Position numbers and translations under genes: made by a program. This document shows, piece by piece, positions 43,592 through 55,504 of a stretch of DNA of 64,000 nt (position 1 is the stretch's first letter; each line of letters begins with the position of its first letter). The notes beneath the pieces were generated by a model. It was not told the DNA's origin. It saw only the letters and a list, made by a program, of their open reading frames with translations, and ran no database searches. This DNA is from Octopus vulgaris (lineage: Eukaryota): the NCBI GenBank assembly GCA_951406725.2, contig OX597842.1, forward strand, positions 2,976,001 to 3,040,000, given 5' to 3'.

Positions 43592-44840
43592 AAACTTAAA
43601 TGTTGAAGTGAATCGAACGGCTTTTGTGTGTTTCTTAAATGGCTTATAAACACCTTCCACGCTGCAATTGGATTTTGAAAGGCTTCTCAGATAAAAAGAA
43701 ATGCCAGAAAAGTCTGTGTTTAGAAGGCCTATTCACAAACAGTATGTCAGTAATTATCTTGACTTGGAATAAAGCATTCAAACTTTCATACAAGTTTTCA
43801 ATTTTTAGAATATCATTGTGGATAATGGTGGAGCCTTAAGCCCTCAATGATTTTGGCTGGGATGCATAAGACATCAATTTTCAGCTCTTATAGAATAAAA
43901 GGCCCCACTAACTATTCTCTAATTGGATCCCATGCTTCCTAATTCTCTAACTTGGTCCCATGCTTCCTTTTTTCTCCCAACTTGTTCTGGGATTACAATA
44001 TTGTTAGTGATACAATAGTCCTGTAGAAAGAAGTTGAAGCAGCCAGCGTAAATCTTAAACATGAGAGCTTGACAGACTATTGAGCGGTAATTTCTAACCT
44101 TTGTGGTTTGGTTATTTTTGACAAAGAGAAGGGCAATGGCTGTTGACAGCAATGTGGGATATGGTTAATGTGCCTTTGATACATTTCTCTGATAAGTTTA
44201 CGGCCGAGCTTATGGCAGTGAAGGCTTCTGACATTTATGGACCCTGGGCCATATCCCTGCTTACCATTATCGGGGATGATATGGCTATTCATAAGTGCAA
44301 GGCCTGTGAACCAGAGTGGTTGTTCAAGCACATATTCCTCGCCATCTTCCAGAGCAACACTTTCTCCATTTTGTTTACTGGGGCCATGAGGAGGCCTGAA
44401 TTACAGAAAATTGTATGTTCTACTCCTTAATGCAAAGTTACCCCATATAAACTGCCAGCTTGTGCATTTAGAACGATGCTACTGTCTACTAGTTAAAAAC
44501 TCCGCAGTTAGCACAAGTTACATTTAGGGGTAATTTAGTTAAAGACAAAAGAAAAATTGAATTTATACATCTTATTAAATGTCACCGATAGAAATTGAGA
44601 TTATTTAACCAATATCCTGTAATAAGACCTGGACGTGGGAATTTCCTGTTCAGTGATTTTCTCAGGATTGTTTCAAAATCAGTGACCAAACCGTCGATTC
44701 TGTAGAGATTCTGAAAATAGCAGAAAAATTGAATCTTGGAGATTCACATTTTTCTCCACGCGAGAAAGAAATGTAAGTCATGTTGGATATCTAACCGTAA
44801 CTATTTTTCTTCTCATGTTTATTGTATTTTTGTTTATACT

Positions 44841-44946
44841 TCCTGCACTGAAGAGTACATTGATATATATTTAATTAATTTAATTTAATTCAATCATGAA
44901 TTTGCATAATCATTTTTATATCTGTATGAAACGATCGTCTGCAAGA
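44841..44946 (+). ncRNA. Type I hammerhead ribozyme candidate with intact core, GUC site and long AT-rich loop II
   Basis: tcctgca-CTGAAGA-gtaca...tgtat-GAAA-cgatcg-TC-tgcaaga: stem I 6/7 bp, stem II 5 bp, palindromic stem III ACGATCGT; predicted cleavage after C44939. Confidence 0.75.
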
Positions 44947-45046
44947 ATTAAATCTCTGATATTCTAACAACTTGTCTCCTACCTTTTTAAATAAATTGAT
45001 GTGTTTTAAGGGACTTCTTTCCATATATTCACTATAATTATATATA

Positions 45047-45600
45047 CTAGCAGCTAAGCCCGGTTTGGATGATGTGGCTGTAAAACCTGTTCTGCGCAAG
45101 CATTCGACTTGTTTGGGCACGCTTACGTTAAAAAACAATTTTAGAATGACTTTTTTTTCTGTCAAAACGCTAAAAATTACCGAAAAAGAAAAACAACCAA
45201 GATTCAACCAAATCAAAAAATAAACCCAAATACTAAGAGAACAAAGATAAACTATGCACACATTCACATACCCCTCGTTTACATACACATATATTCAAAC
45301 AGAGCTGAAACGCTGTTTGATTTATTTTTTCAGCGTACAATTTTCATCATCCCACTACCAAGTATGATATCACCCCTTCTTTCCTTATTCATCGATCACC
45401 CCTTCCTTTCTCATTCATAAACACAAGAGTATTATTATAGTAGATTATCTCGGTAACCATGGGAGCTATGAAAAAATACAAAGCCCAGCAACACCACCCG
45501 ATCATTCTACATGTCTATGTAATTTTTCGCATAATTCCACCCAGCCATTTGACCGTGAATCCCAAGACAAGAAAGAATCGCCCATGTCAAATTTATATAT
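45047..45600 (-). mobile_element. Non-autonomous Helitron, second family
   Basis: Plus strand begins a-ctagcag...gcccgg (minus-strand 3' CTAG-T), like 6481; 45290-45600 matches 59963-60250 in reverse complement. Confidence 0.7.
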
Positions 45601-45634
45601 AAATACATAATATATATAGATATGTATATATATA

Positions 45635-46140
45635 TACGACTCTACTCTATACTGTTTTCTCCCCCATCACCTCTAATTTCCTATTGTCCATCTTCCTCAC
45701 GTGACCATCTTTCTTTCCTGCACGGACGTCCCAAGGACTGGATGTCTCCTATCTCATTCTTTTATCTTTTCTTTTTTCAAAGAATATATTTCTCTCGGCG
45801 TTCACTATTTCCCCCTAGTTCAGGTCTAACGACTCTCCATGTTTCGTTCGGTTTCCTTGTATGTCGCCACTGTCCTGTTTTTGTTACCAACTTCGACCCT
45901 CCATAAATCCTAAATTTTTATTTTGTTCTTTATGGGAGCAACTGTCTTCGAAGACTCATATTGTCATTGATTCCTCGAAATGGGGAGTAGATAGACAGCC
46001 GACAACTGATGAAGGGTCGTTCTTTGTATTCCTTGTATTACTTGTCTTGTTTTCCATTTTCTCTCTCGTTATTTGCGTATTAAACTCATTTGTTTTCGTA
46101 TTTCATGTTGTTTACTGCTGGTGACGTCCTGTACCCATAT
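45635..46140. mobile_element. TA-flanked unclassified repeat whose right end resembles the 38405-38590 arm
   Basis: gttttcgtatttcatgttg..ggtgacgtcctgtacccatatatgcatatat resembles gttttcgtttctcgttgtg..ggtgtcctgtactcttatat..gcatgtatat. Confidence 0.45.
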
Positions 46141-46186
46141 ATGCATATATATATGTATACATACATACATACATACACACACACAT

Positions 46187-46259
<73 letters not shown>

Positions 46260-47354
46260 CACTTATAAATGTAAATATATAGACACACACATATATATTA
46301 CAAAGATATATATTATTTATATGTTATATATATATACATACATATATATGTGTGTGTCTATATATTTACATTTATAAGTGATTATACATACATACTTACA
46401 TATAATAGACATACTATATACATATTTATATATATATGTGTGTGTGTGTGTATATATGTATATAGCATGTCTATTATATGTATGTATGTATGTATATATA
46501 AATAATATATAAATAATATATAAATAATATATATCTTTGTTATATATGTGTGTATATATATTTACATGTATAAGTGATTATATATATATGTTTGTGTACA
46601 TAGATTATAAATATATACGAATATATATGTATATGAAATGTGTTTCTATCTATACATATATGTTTATGTAAGTATGTATTTATGTGTATGTATACACACA
46701 CACACCATATATATATACATACATACACACACACACCATATATATATATATACATACATACACACACACACACTCACACACATATATATATATATACATA
46801 CATACACACACACACTCACACATATATATTGCCATCTATCTTTCATTTTCGATTTGGCGTAAATCACAAACGAAGGTAATTATCATCTTCATTCTTCATT
46901 CTTCTTCGCGTTTTTTTTTTTCCTTTTTCCTTCCCAAATTAATATTCCTAAATTATTTATTTATTTTCTCTCTCTTTCCATCTCATTGATCATTTTATCG
47001 ATTGAAAATTTTCCTCTATTTAACATTGAACACTGAAATTCTTAAAAAAAACAAAAAAAAACATGAAATATATCTTTGGAAATGTCTTATTTTTTCCGCC
47101 ATTTTTTCTTTTACATAATTTTTGTTTTATGTCGCAATAATAGAAATATTGGAATTTGTTAAACGAAGGAAGTCAAAAATCGAATCAGTGACAGGAAAGA
47201 AGACAAAAAAAGCTGAAAATACTGGTATTTAAATTTCAAGAGTGCTTTTTTTTATTGTTGCTGTTGTTGTTGTTATGGTGACGGCAGCAGCGGTGGTGGT
47301 GGTGGTGGTGGTGGTGGTTTTTGCGCTGTTTCCGGGACTGTACAGTTTAATGTA

Positions 47355-47926
47355 GTGGAGGCGCAATGGCCCAGTGGTTAGGGCAGCGAACTCGCGGTCG
47401 TAGGATCGCGGTTTCGATTCCCAGACCGGGCGTTGTGAGTGTTTATTGAGCGAAAACACCTAAAGCTCCACGAGGCTCCGGCAGGGGATGGTGGTGATGG
47501 TTTTTGCGCTGTTTCCGGGACTGTACAGTTTAATGTAGTGGAGGCGCAATGGCCCAGTGGTTAGGGCAGCGGACTCGCGGTCGTAGGATCGCGGTTTCGA
47601 TTCCCAGACTAGGCGTTGTGAGTGTTTATTGAGCGAAAACACTTAAAGCTCCACGAGGCTCCGGCAAGGGATGGTGGTGATCCCTGCTGTACTCTTTCAC
47701 CACAACTTTCTCTCACTCTTTCTTCCTGTTTCTGTTGTACCTGTATTTCAAAGGGCCGGCCTTGTCACTCTCTCTGTGTCACGCTGAATATCCCCGAGAA
47801 CTACGTTAAGGGTACACGTGTCTGTGGAGTGCTCAGCCACTTACACGTTAATTTCACGAGCAGGCTGTTCCGTTGGTCGGATCAACCGGAACCCTCGTCG
47901 TCGTAACCGACGGAGTGCTTCCATCC
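47355..47926 (+). mobile_element. SINE family C (tRNA-Arg-like) with 13-bp TSD and a 183-bp tandem duplication of flank plus head
   Basis: TSD acagtttaatgta at 47342, 47525 and 47927; heads start at 47355 and 47538; TCG in the anticodon-like loop. Confidence 0.93.
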
Positions 47927-48324
47927 ACAGTTTAATGTATTGTATTCCAGGGATTCTTAGCCAAGTAGACCTATGATCAAAGATGTTCCAACTGTGACTA
48001 TCCTGCCTTTTATTCAGGCATAGTGCTTCTAGGATTACATTATCTAATGTGCAGGATAGTAGTTAGCATTAGTGACCGTAATTGTTGGTGTTGTTGTTTT
48101 TGTTGTTGTTGTTGTTGTTATGGTAGTGGTTCTTGTTGTTAAGCAACAAGACGGGTAAGGGTGATTAGGTGATGGTCTAGGGCTTAGGGGCGGGAGACCC
48201 CAGACCTTAGAAAAAAAAACTTTGGTCGTCATGTTGTAATCGAGGGCTCTTCGTTGAAGCCCGACACCAATGTTGTTGTTTAGCCCCAGGTCAGTCTTGA
48301 TCCAGTAGACCTATGATCAAACAG

Positions 48325-48520
48325 GTTCCGGCGGAAGGTAATGGTGAACTTTTGCTGACTCTTTTGCTACAACTTTCTCTTACTCTTTCCTCCTGTATCT
48401 TGCAGCTCACCTGCGACGAACCGGTGTCCCGTCCAGGTGTGGAACCTATACGCTAAGGAAAACGGTAAACCGGCCCTTATGAGCCAAGCATAACTCGAGA
48501 AGGAATAAACAACAACAAAC
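48325..48520 (+). mobile_element. 3' part of a family C-related SINE with a V-domain-like block
   Basis: cctgcgacgaaccggtgtcccgtccagg...aaaccggccc; homologous to 53460-53762 (-). Confidence 0.65.
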
Positions 48521-48763
48521 ACACTGATAGGTCTCTATGGCTCACATCAAAGAAACCAAACCTTCTCCCAGTCCTGTATACCTTACCGAAAGGATCATCT
48601 GATAGTTAACCAATAAACGAGGCCTTTGATTGATTCTATGAATCTGAGTAAGAGCAGAACTGTGAGCAGTGATGATTAAGGAGTTACCCATTCTTCACAA
48701 AATTCCTCACCTGCCAATCTGGAATCTTACCTCTGGGTATATTTCAACTATTTTGCTACTGTA

Positions 48764-48928
48764 GGCGCAGGAGTAGCTGTGTGGTAAGTAGCTTGCTAAC
48801 CAACCACATGGTTCCGGGTTCAGTCCCCCTGCGTGGCATCTTGGGCAAGTGTCTTCTACTATAGCCCCGGGCTGACCAATGCCTTGTGAGTGGATTTGGT
48901 AGACGGAAACTGAAAGAAGCCTGTCGTA

Positions 48929-49020
<92 letters not shown>

Positions 49021-49235
49021 TGTGTCTGTGTTTTTCCCCCTAGCATTGCTTGACAACCGATGCTGGTGTGTTTACGTCCCCGTCACTTAGCGGTTCGGCA
49101 AAAGAGACCGATAGAATAAGTACTGGGCTTACAAAAGAATAAGTCCCGGGGTCGATTTACTCGACTAAAGGCGGTGCCCCAGCATGACCGCAGTCAAATG
49201 ACTGAAACAAGTAAAAGAGTAAAAGAGTAAAGAGT
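48764..49235 (+). mobile_element. Full-length, little-diverged SINE family A
   Basis: Complete head, body, internal microsatellite and tail. Confidence 0.93.
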
Positions 49236-49978
49236 ATATTTCTATTGAAATTCATTGATTTTCTTATTAATTTCCAAAATAGTGAAGAATTTAGTAAAAT
49301 AAAGAATTTAGTAAAATAATAAAGAATTTAGTAAAAAAAGTTTGTTATCCTTAAATTGGTGTTTGGAACATAAAAAGACATGAAGTTTTAATGGAAATTT
49401 TTAATTTAGATCACTTTAACCCTTTTGTTACCATATACCAGTTGAAATATATAAAATTAGTTTCAATTAATTTTTAAAATTATGAAGAATTTTGTATAAC
49501 TTCGTCATTATTAAACTGGTGTTTTGAACTTAAATTAATACAAAATTTTGATGGAAGATTTTAATTAAGATCACTTTAACATTTTTCTGATCATATTTCT
49601 TTCGAAATGTTCTGCCATTGTTTCGATTAATTTCGAAAATAAAGAAGAATTTAATAACATTGCCCTTATTAAGCGGGTGTTTGGAATTTAAATTAGCATA
49701 AAATTTTGATTGAAGATTGTAATTTAGACCACTTTAAACCATTTGTTAACTTATTCCTGTTGAAATTTCGTTTCAATAAATTTTTAAAATAATAAAGAAT
49801 GTCATAAAATAACTTTGCCATTATTAAGCGAGTAATTTGAGTTTCAATTAACACAAAATTTTGATGGAAGATTTTAACTTAGATTACTTTAACCCTTTGG
49901 TTACCATATTTCTGTAGAAATATACCTTCTTTCACTTAATTTTCAAAATAAAGAAATTAATAGTATAAATTTGTTATT

Positions 49979-50343
49979 GGAAGCACTCCGTCGGTTACAA
50001 CGATGAGGGTTCCGGTTTGATCCGAATCAACGGAACAGCCTGCTCGTGAAATTAACGTGTAAGTGGCTGAGCACTCCACAGACACGTGCACCCTTAACGT
50101 AGTTCTCGGGGATATTCAGCGTGACACAGAGAGTGACAAGGCCGGCCCCTTGAAATACAGGTACAACAGAAACAGGAAGTAAGAGTGAGAGAAAGTTGTG
50201 GTGAAAGAGTACAGCCGGAGCCTTGTGGAGCTTTTTAGGTGTTTTCGCTCAATAAACACTCACAACGCCCGGTCTGGGAATCGAAACCGCGATCCTATGA
50301 CCGCGAGTCCGCTGCCCTAACCACTGGGCCATTGCGCCTCCAC
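49979..50343 (-). mobile_element. SINE family C inserted in the satellite, 12-bp TSD
   Basis: TSD aaatttgttatt at 49967-49978 and 50345-50356. Confidence 0.92.
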
Positions 50344-50631
50344 AAAATTTGTTATTATTATGTTGGTGTCTAGAACAAAACTTAACCTGAATTTTTCATG
50401 GCTGGTTTTAATTCAAATCTTTTAAAACCCTTTAAATAACAATCCTGCTTTTGCTTCAATTGATATTGAAAATACCTTTTCCATTATTAAGTTGGTGTTT
50501 GGAATATAAATCAACGTGAAATCTTGATGGGAGATTTTAATTTAGATCACGTTAATCCTTTGGTTACCATAGATCACGTTAATCCTTTTAGATCATGTTA
50601 ATACTTTTGGTCCATTGAAATATATCTAAAC

Positions 50632-50925
50632 TGGCACTTCATTGCTTACGATAATGAGGGTTCCAGTTGATCCGATCAACGAAATAGCCTGCTTGCTAAA
50701 TTAACATACGAGTGGCTGAGTATTCCACAGACACATGTACCCTAACCATGACACAGAATAAGACAAGGCTAACCCTTTGAAATACAAGTACTACTTATTT
50801 TTGCCAGCTGAGTGGACTGGAGCAATGTGAAGTATCTTGCTCAAGGACACAATGCATCCCTGGGAATTGAACTCTGGACCTTGCAATCGTGAGTCGAATG
50901 CCCTAACCACTAAGCCATGTACCTT
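50632..50925 (-). mobile_element. Older SINE sharing the family C 3' region, with a CORE-like cttgagcaag block
   Basis: gagggttccagttgatccgatcaacg...tccacagacacatgtaccct; head end ccctaaccactaagccatg. Confidence 0.7.
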
Positions 50926-51006
50926 TGTTGAAAGATGCTACCTTTGAAATTCGATTTTGGATTTGGTTTGCAAGATTCTTTATGTGAGTTCGTGTGTTGA
51001 AGCATA

Positions 51007-51298
51007 TTCTGTTGTGTCTGGGGAGAGTCATTTTCTTTTTGTGCCTTATAATGTAACACACTCACCCGTAAAATTTCCACTTATTTCTTATTTTTATTTT
51101 CCTAAAATTTTCGTTGCATCTTGCAACCTTTTCAATAGTTTCGACTAGTTAGGGTTAGGGTCAAAACTACTGAAAAGGTTGCGAGATACAACGAAAATTT
51201 CAGAAAAATAAAAATAAGAAACAAGTGGAAATTTTACCGCTGAGTGTGTTAAATTATAAGGCACAAAAAGAGAATGACTCTCCCCAGACACAACAGAA
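51007..51298. repeat. Fold-back element with 139-bp arms and (TTAGGG)2 at the loop
   Basis: Arms 51007-51145 / 51160-51298; loop tagttagggttagg. Confidence 0.93.
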
Positions 51299-51863
51299 CT
51301 GCCTTTGAAATTATGAAGAATTTCATAAAATAACGTTGTCATTATTAAACTGTTGTTTTGAACTTAAATGAACACAAAAGTTTGATGGACGGCTTTAATT
51401 TAGATTGAATTAACCCTTTTGGTAGCAATCCTGTTGAAAAACATTGCTTTTGTTTCAATTAATTAAAAAAATAATGAAGCATTTAGTAAAATAACTTTGT
51501 TATTATTAAGCTGTTGTTTTGAACCTAAATTAGCATAAAATCTTGATGGAAGGTTTTAATTTATCATTGAGCAGGGTCGGTGTCTGACAGGTTTGTATTG
51601 AAATGGTTAATCTTTCTGTTTTTATATTTCCGTTGAAATACACTGTTTTTCTTTCAATTAATTTTGGAAATATTGAAGAATTTAGTAAAGCAGCTTTGTC
51701 GATATTAAGTCGGAGCATAAATTAACCTGGAATTCTGGTGAAAGGGTTTTGGTTTAGATCGCTTTGAATCAGGATGTTTGTACAACCAAACCAAAGAAAT
51801 TCTCAGACAGGTCCCTATCACAAACGTTAATGTCTTGCCTGAGACTGAACAGGAAGATTGTAT

Positions 51864-52020
51864 AGGCATGGCTATGTGGTAAGAAGCAGGATTCCAAACC
51901 ACATGGTTCTGAGTTCAGTCCCAATGCATGGCATCTTAGGCTTCTGTCTTCCACTATAGCCTTGGACTGACCAAAACTTTATGAGTGAATTTGGTAGACT
52001 GAAACTGAAAGAAGCGCGTA
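51864..52020 (+). mobile_element. SINE family A 5' half, diverged
   Basis: ggcatggctatgtggtaagaag...gaaactgaaagaagc. Confidence 0.8.
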
Positions 52021-52089
<69 letters not shown>

Positions 52090-52095
<6 letters not shown>

Positions 52096-52250
52096 ATTTA
52101 CAAAAAATACAAAAGGCGAAGACGGGTGTGTAAACAACAAACAGATGTATTAATTTAACGCTTGGGAAGTGAGAAAGATTTTTACGTTTCGAGCCTACGC
52201 TCTTCGTCGGAAAGGAACACAGAAATAAAGAGAGAGAGAAAATAGAAAAA
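52090..52250 (-). mobile_element. Short hammerhead-like element, copy of the 20472 family
   Basis: Minus strand ttt-CCGACGA-a-gagc gtag gctc-GAAA-cg-TA-aaa at about 52179-52213. Confidence 0.65.
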
Positions 52251-52305
52251 TGTTTAGTGGCTATCTATCTACCAATCTATCTATCTATCTCTCTCTCTAT
52301 ATATA

Positions 52306-52346
<41 letters not shown>

Positions 52347-53230
52347 TTTGGAGGGATATATTTATCCAAGTGGATACTCCATTAGCTCTTAGTTATGTTC
52401 CAGTTAACAGCTAGCCACAACGATCACAAGTATCTAACATCTGTAACTACTATAATATGCTGTAATAACTATAAAGTAAATTTTGTGGATGTACAAGTCT
52501 CCATACTCTGTATTATTATCAACAGGTGGGACCTGTGAATATTTCACAGAATTAACAATAAACCTATTAGGTTATTTCTGAAAACTTTATGCAAAAAAAA
52601 CCTGAAATCATAGCCTGTATTGTGTCTGCATGGAAAGATAGTCACTCATATGTTAATCATTGAAAAGTAAAAGAAATTGGAATACGATGATTACTTAATG
52701 CACTTTATATATACACTTTATATACTTCATGCATAAATTTATAGACTTAATACACAGCGCTCATAAATTAAATTCACTCTCATTTTCCATTTCTCCCATA
52801 AACAAAAAGAAAAATATTGCCATACATATGATACAACCTTCAATTAAATTGCGTATATTTACCACGTAAAAAAGCATATTTCATGAAAAATACACATTTC
52901 ACAATTCAATCACCACCACCTACACCATCACCACCACCATCATCATCTTTCTCCCCACCTCTCTTTGCGCCTTTCTTTACACTCACCATCAGAACATCAC
53001 CCCTCTGCTAAAATAATATTTTTAGCTCTCCTCTATGTCACTACCTTCAACTGACTTTTTAAAACATGTAATAAATATTACGTTCCCTCTACTTCAAATT
53101 ATGGATACCTCTCTCTCCCTCTTTTCATGTTAATCTCCCTTTTTTTGTTAATCATATGAAAGTGTTACCGACGGGCTAAATAACAGAATGACAAGCACAA
53201 TTATTATAAGATATTTATATGTGTGTGTGT

Positions 53231-53271
<41 letters not shown>

Positions 53272-53459
53272 TGGTGTCTGTGTGTATGTGTCTTTGTGTC
53301 TGTCTCCCTGCTACCCCCCTGACAACCAGTGTTGGTGTGTTTGTGTCCCCATAACTTAGTGGTTTGGCTAAAAGAGACTGGTGGAATAAATACTAAGATT
53401 AAAAAAGAAGTATTTGAGTTGATTCATTAGACTAAAACATTGAAGGCGGTGCCCCAGCA

Positions 53460-53762
53460 TGTTTTGTTGTTTGTTCCATCTCGAGCCACGCCCGCCTCAT
53501 TAGAGCCGGTTTCCCGATTTCCTTGGCGTATAGGTTTCCCACCTGGACAGGACGCCGGTCCGTCGCAGGTGAGCTGCATGATGCAGGAGGAAAGAGTGAG
53601 AGAAAGTTGTGGCGAAAGAGTCAGAAGTTCGCCATTACCTTCTGCCGGAGCCGCATGGAGCCTTGGTGTTTCGCTCATAAACACACACATCACCCGGTCT
53701 GAGATTCGAACCCGCGATACCTCGACCGCGAGTTCGCTGCTCTAACCACTAGGCCATGTGCC
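53460..53762 (-). mobile_element. Full-length SINE with tRNA-Arg-like head and V-domain-like body, inserted into a family A tail (53290-53790)
   Basis: Minus-strand head gtggcacatggcctagtggttagagcagcgaactcgcggtcgaggtatcgcgggttcgaatc; it splits ccccagcatg | gccacagtctaatgactga. Confidence 0.8.
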
Positions 53763-54354
53763 ACAGTCTAATGACTGATACAAGTAAAAAGCAAAAGATA
53801 CAACATAGGTTTGTCATCACTGTGGTACGGTCTGGAATGAAGTCAGATTGTGTTACTATTTCTAGCAGGTCAGACAAGCAAAAAAAAACAGAACAAATAA
53901 ACAAACAAAAAAACCCCAAAATAAGCAGCTCCCTCTTTGAGTTCATTGTGATAGCGTGCACATACATACATGTATGTGTTGAGGGAGAAGATATCGAACG
54001 CTTGCTTTTTTCATCTTGTTTTCAATAACAACGTTCTCCCTCTCTTCTGACTCAACGTTGTGTCAAAGAAAAACATAAAAAGGCTGCGAACAATTGATCG
54101 CTGACGAACAAACTTTTCGCGGCCATCTTTTTCTCTTCTCCGGTTCTGACTCAGCAAAGATGGCCGCCAGATCCAAACAAAGACAAACCTCATGGCAGAT
54201 ATTTTTGCTTCGTTCAATGGAAAATCGAACTGATTTCTTTTTGTTTGTGATGTCTTTTTCGTGTATTTTTTAAAAACCTTTTTCTTAGTTCTATTTCTGA
54301 TACATCATTTATTTTGGTTTTTCAGCTCTGTATAACATTTTAAAAAAATGTCCA

Positions 54355-54417
54355 TCATCATCATTATTATTATTGTTATTATTATTATTATTATTATTAT
54401 TGTTGTTGTTGTTGTTG

Positions 54418-54467
<50 letters not shown>

Positions 54468-54578
54468 GTCGCTATTATTATTATTACTATTATTATTATT
54501 GTTATTTGATTATTGTTGTTGTTGTTGTTTTTATTATTATTATTATTACTATTATTATTATTATTATTGTTGTTGTTG

Positions 54579-54618
<40 letters not shown>

Positions 54619-54915
54619 GTTGTTGTTGTTATTTAATTTTGTTTGCTTGTTGTGTGTAACATATTCTTTGTTCTACATATTCCCCCACCCTTGCAAGAAC
54701 GATTTTAATTCTTCTTCTTCTTATTATTATTACTTAATTTTGCATGCTTGTTCTGCATAATAATATTTGTTCTACATTTTCCCTTATACAGGATCATCAG
54801 TGGCAGCATCTATTTCTTCTTCTCATTGTTGCTGCTGTCGTCGTCATCATCATCATCATCATCATCATCATTATTATTATTATTATTACTATTATTATTA
54901 TTATTATTATCATTA
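54355..54915. repeat. (ATT)n/(GTT)n/(CAT)n arrays
   Basis: Direct reading. Confidence 0.93.
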
Positions 54916-54916
54916 A

Positions 54917-55128
54917 GGCAGTAAGCTGGCAGAATCGTTAGCATGCCGGGCAAAATGCTTAGCAGTATTTTGTCTGTCTTTACGTTCTGAGTTCAAATTC
55001 TGCCAAGGTCGACTTTACCTGTCATCCTTTCAGGGTCAATGAAATAAGTACCAGTTGAGTACTGGGGTCAGTATAATAGACTTATCCCCTCACCCACAAT
55101 TCCAAGCATTGTGCCTATAGTGGAAAGG

Positions 55129-55185
<57 letters not shown>

Positions 55186-55392
55186 GGGGTGACAAGCAGG
55201 CAGAATTGTTAGCACAACATGCAAAATGCTTGGCAACATTTTATCCGTCTTTAAGTTCTGAGTTCAAATTTTGCCAAGGTCAACTTAACTTGTCATCCTT
55301 TTGGGGTCATTAGAATAATTACCAGTTTAACATTGGGGTCGTTGTAATCGACTTACTTCCTTCCCTGAAATTACAGGTCTTGTTCCAAAATT
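54917..55392 (+). mobile_element. Two SINE family B copies (54917-55130, 55187-55392) separated by (ATT)n
   Basis: Both carry gttctgagttcaaatt-tgccaaggtc-actt-tgtcatccttt. Confidence 0.85.
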
Positions 55393-55407
55393 CTTCTTCT
55401 TCTTCTT

Positions 55408-55500
<93 letters not shown>

Positions 55501-55504
55501 TTAT

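Larger units (their letters stand above)
41345..44425 (-). mobile_element. Fragmented RLE-type (R4/Dong-like) LINE interrupted by nested insertions
   Basis: Colinear pieces on the minus strand: RT start NYRSIVCQALMFKIY..NNIVIPEQVG (43960-44110), EGYLRAIRGGEVPTK (42000-42060), CRNATEDINHII..CQSMSSRYLP (41880-41975), FIPIVIG..LQKIAIS (41410-41590). Confidence 0.75.
49236..51780. repeat. Diverged AT-rich ~158-bp tandem satellite interrupted by insertions
   Basis: Marker ttttgatggaag-ttttaatttagatcactttaaccctt recurs near 49400, 49560, 49720, 49875, 50410, 50540, 51395, 51555 and 51750. Confidence 0.85.

Noticed and set aside
46000-46040. CTGATGAaggg hammerhead half-core
   Set aside because: No downstream stem II-GAAA-UH found, and the upstream cgaaa does not give a convincing permuted fold.
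47355-47430. tRNA-Arg(TCG)-like sequence
   Set aside because: It is the head of a multi-copy SINE with body and TSD and lacks a proper acceptor stem, so it is not called a tRNA gene.
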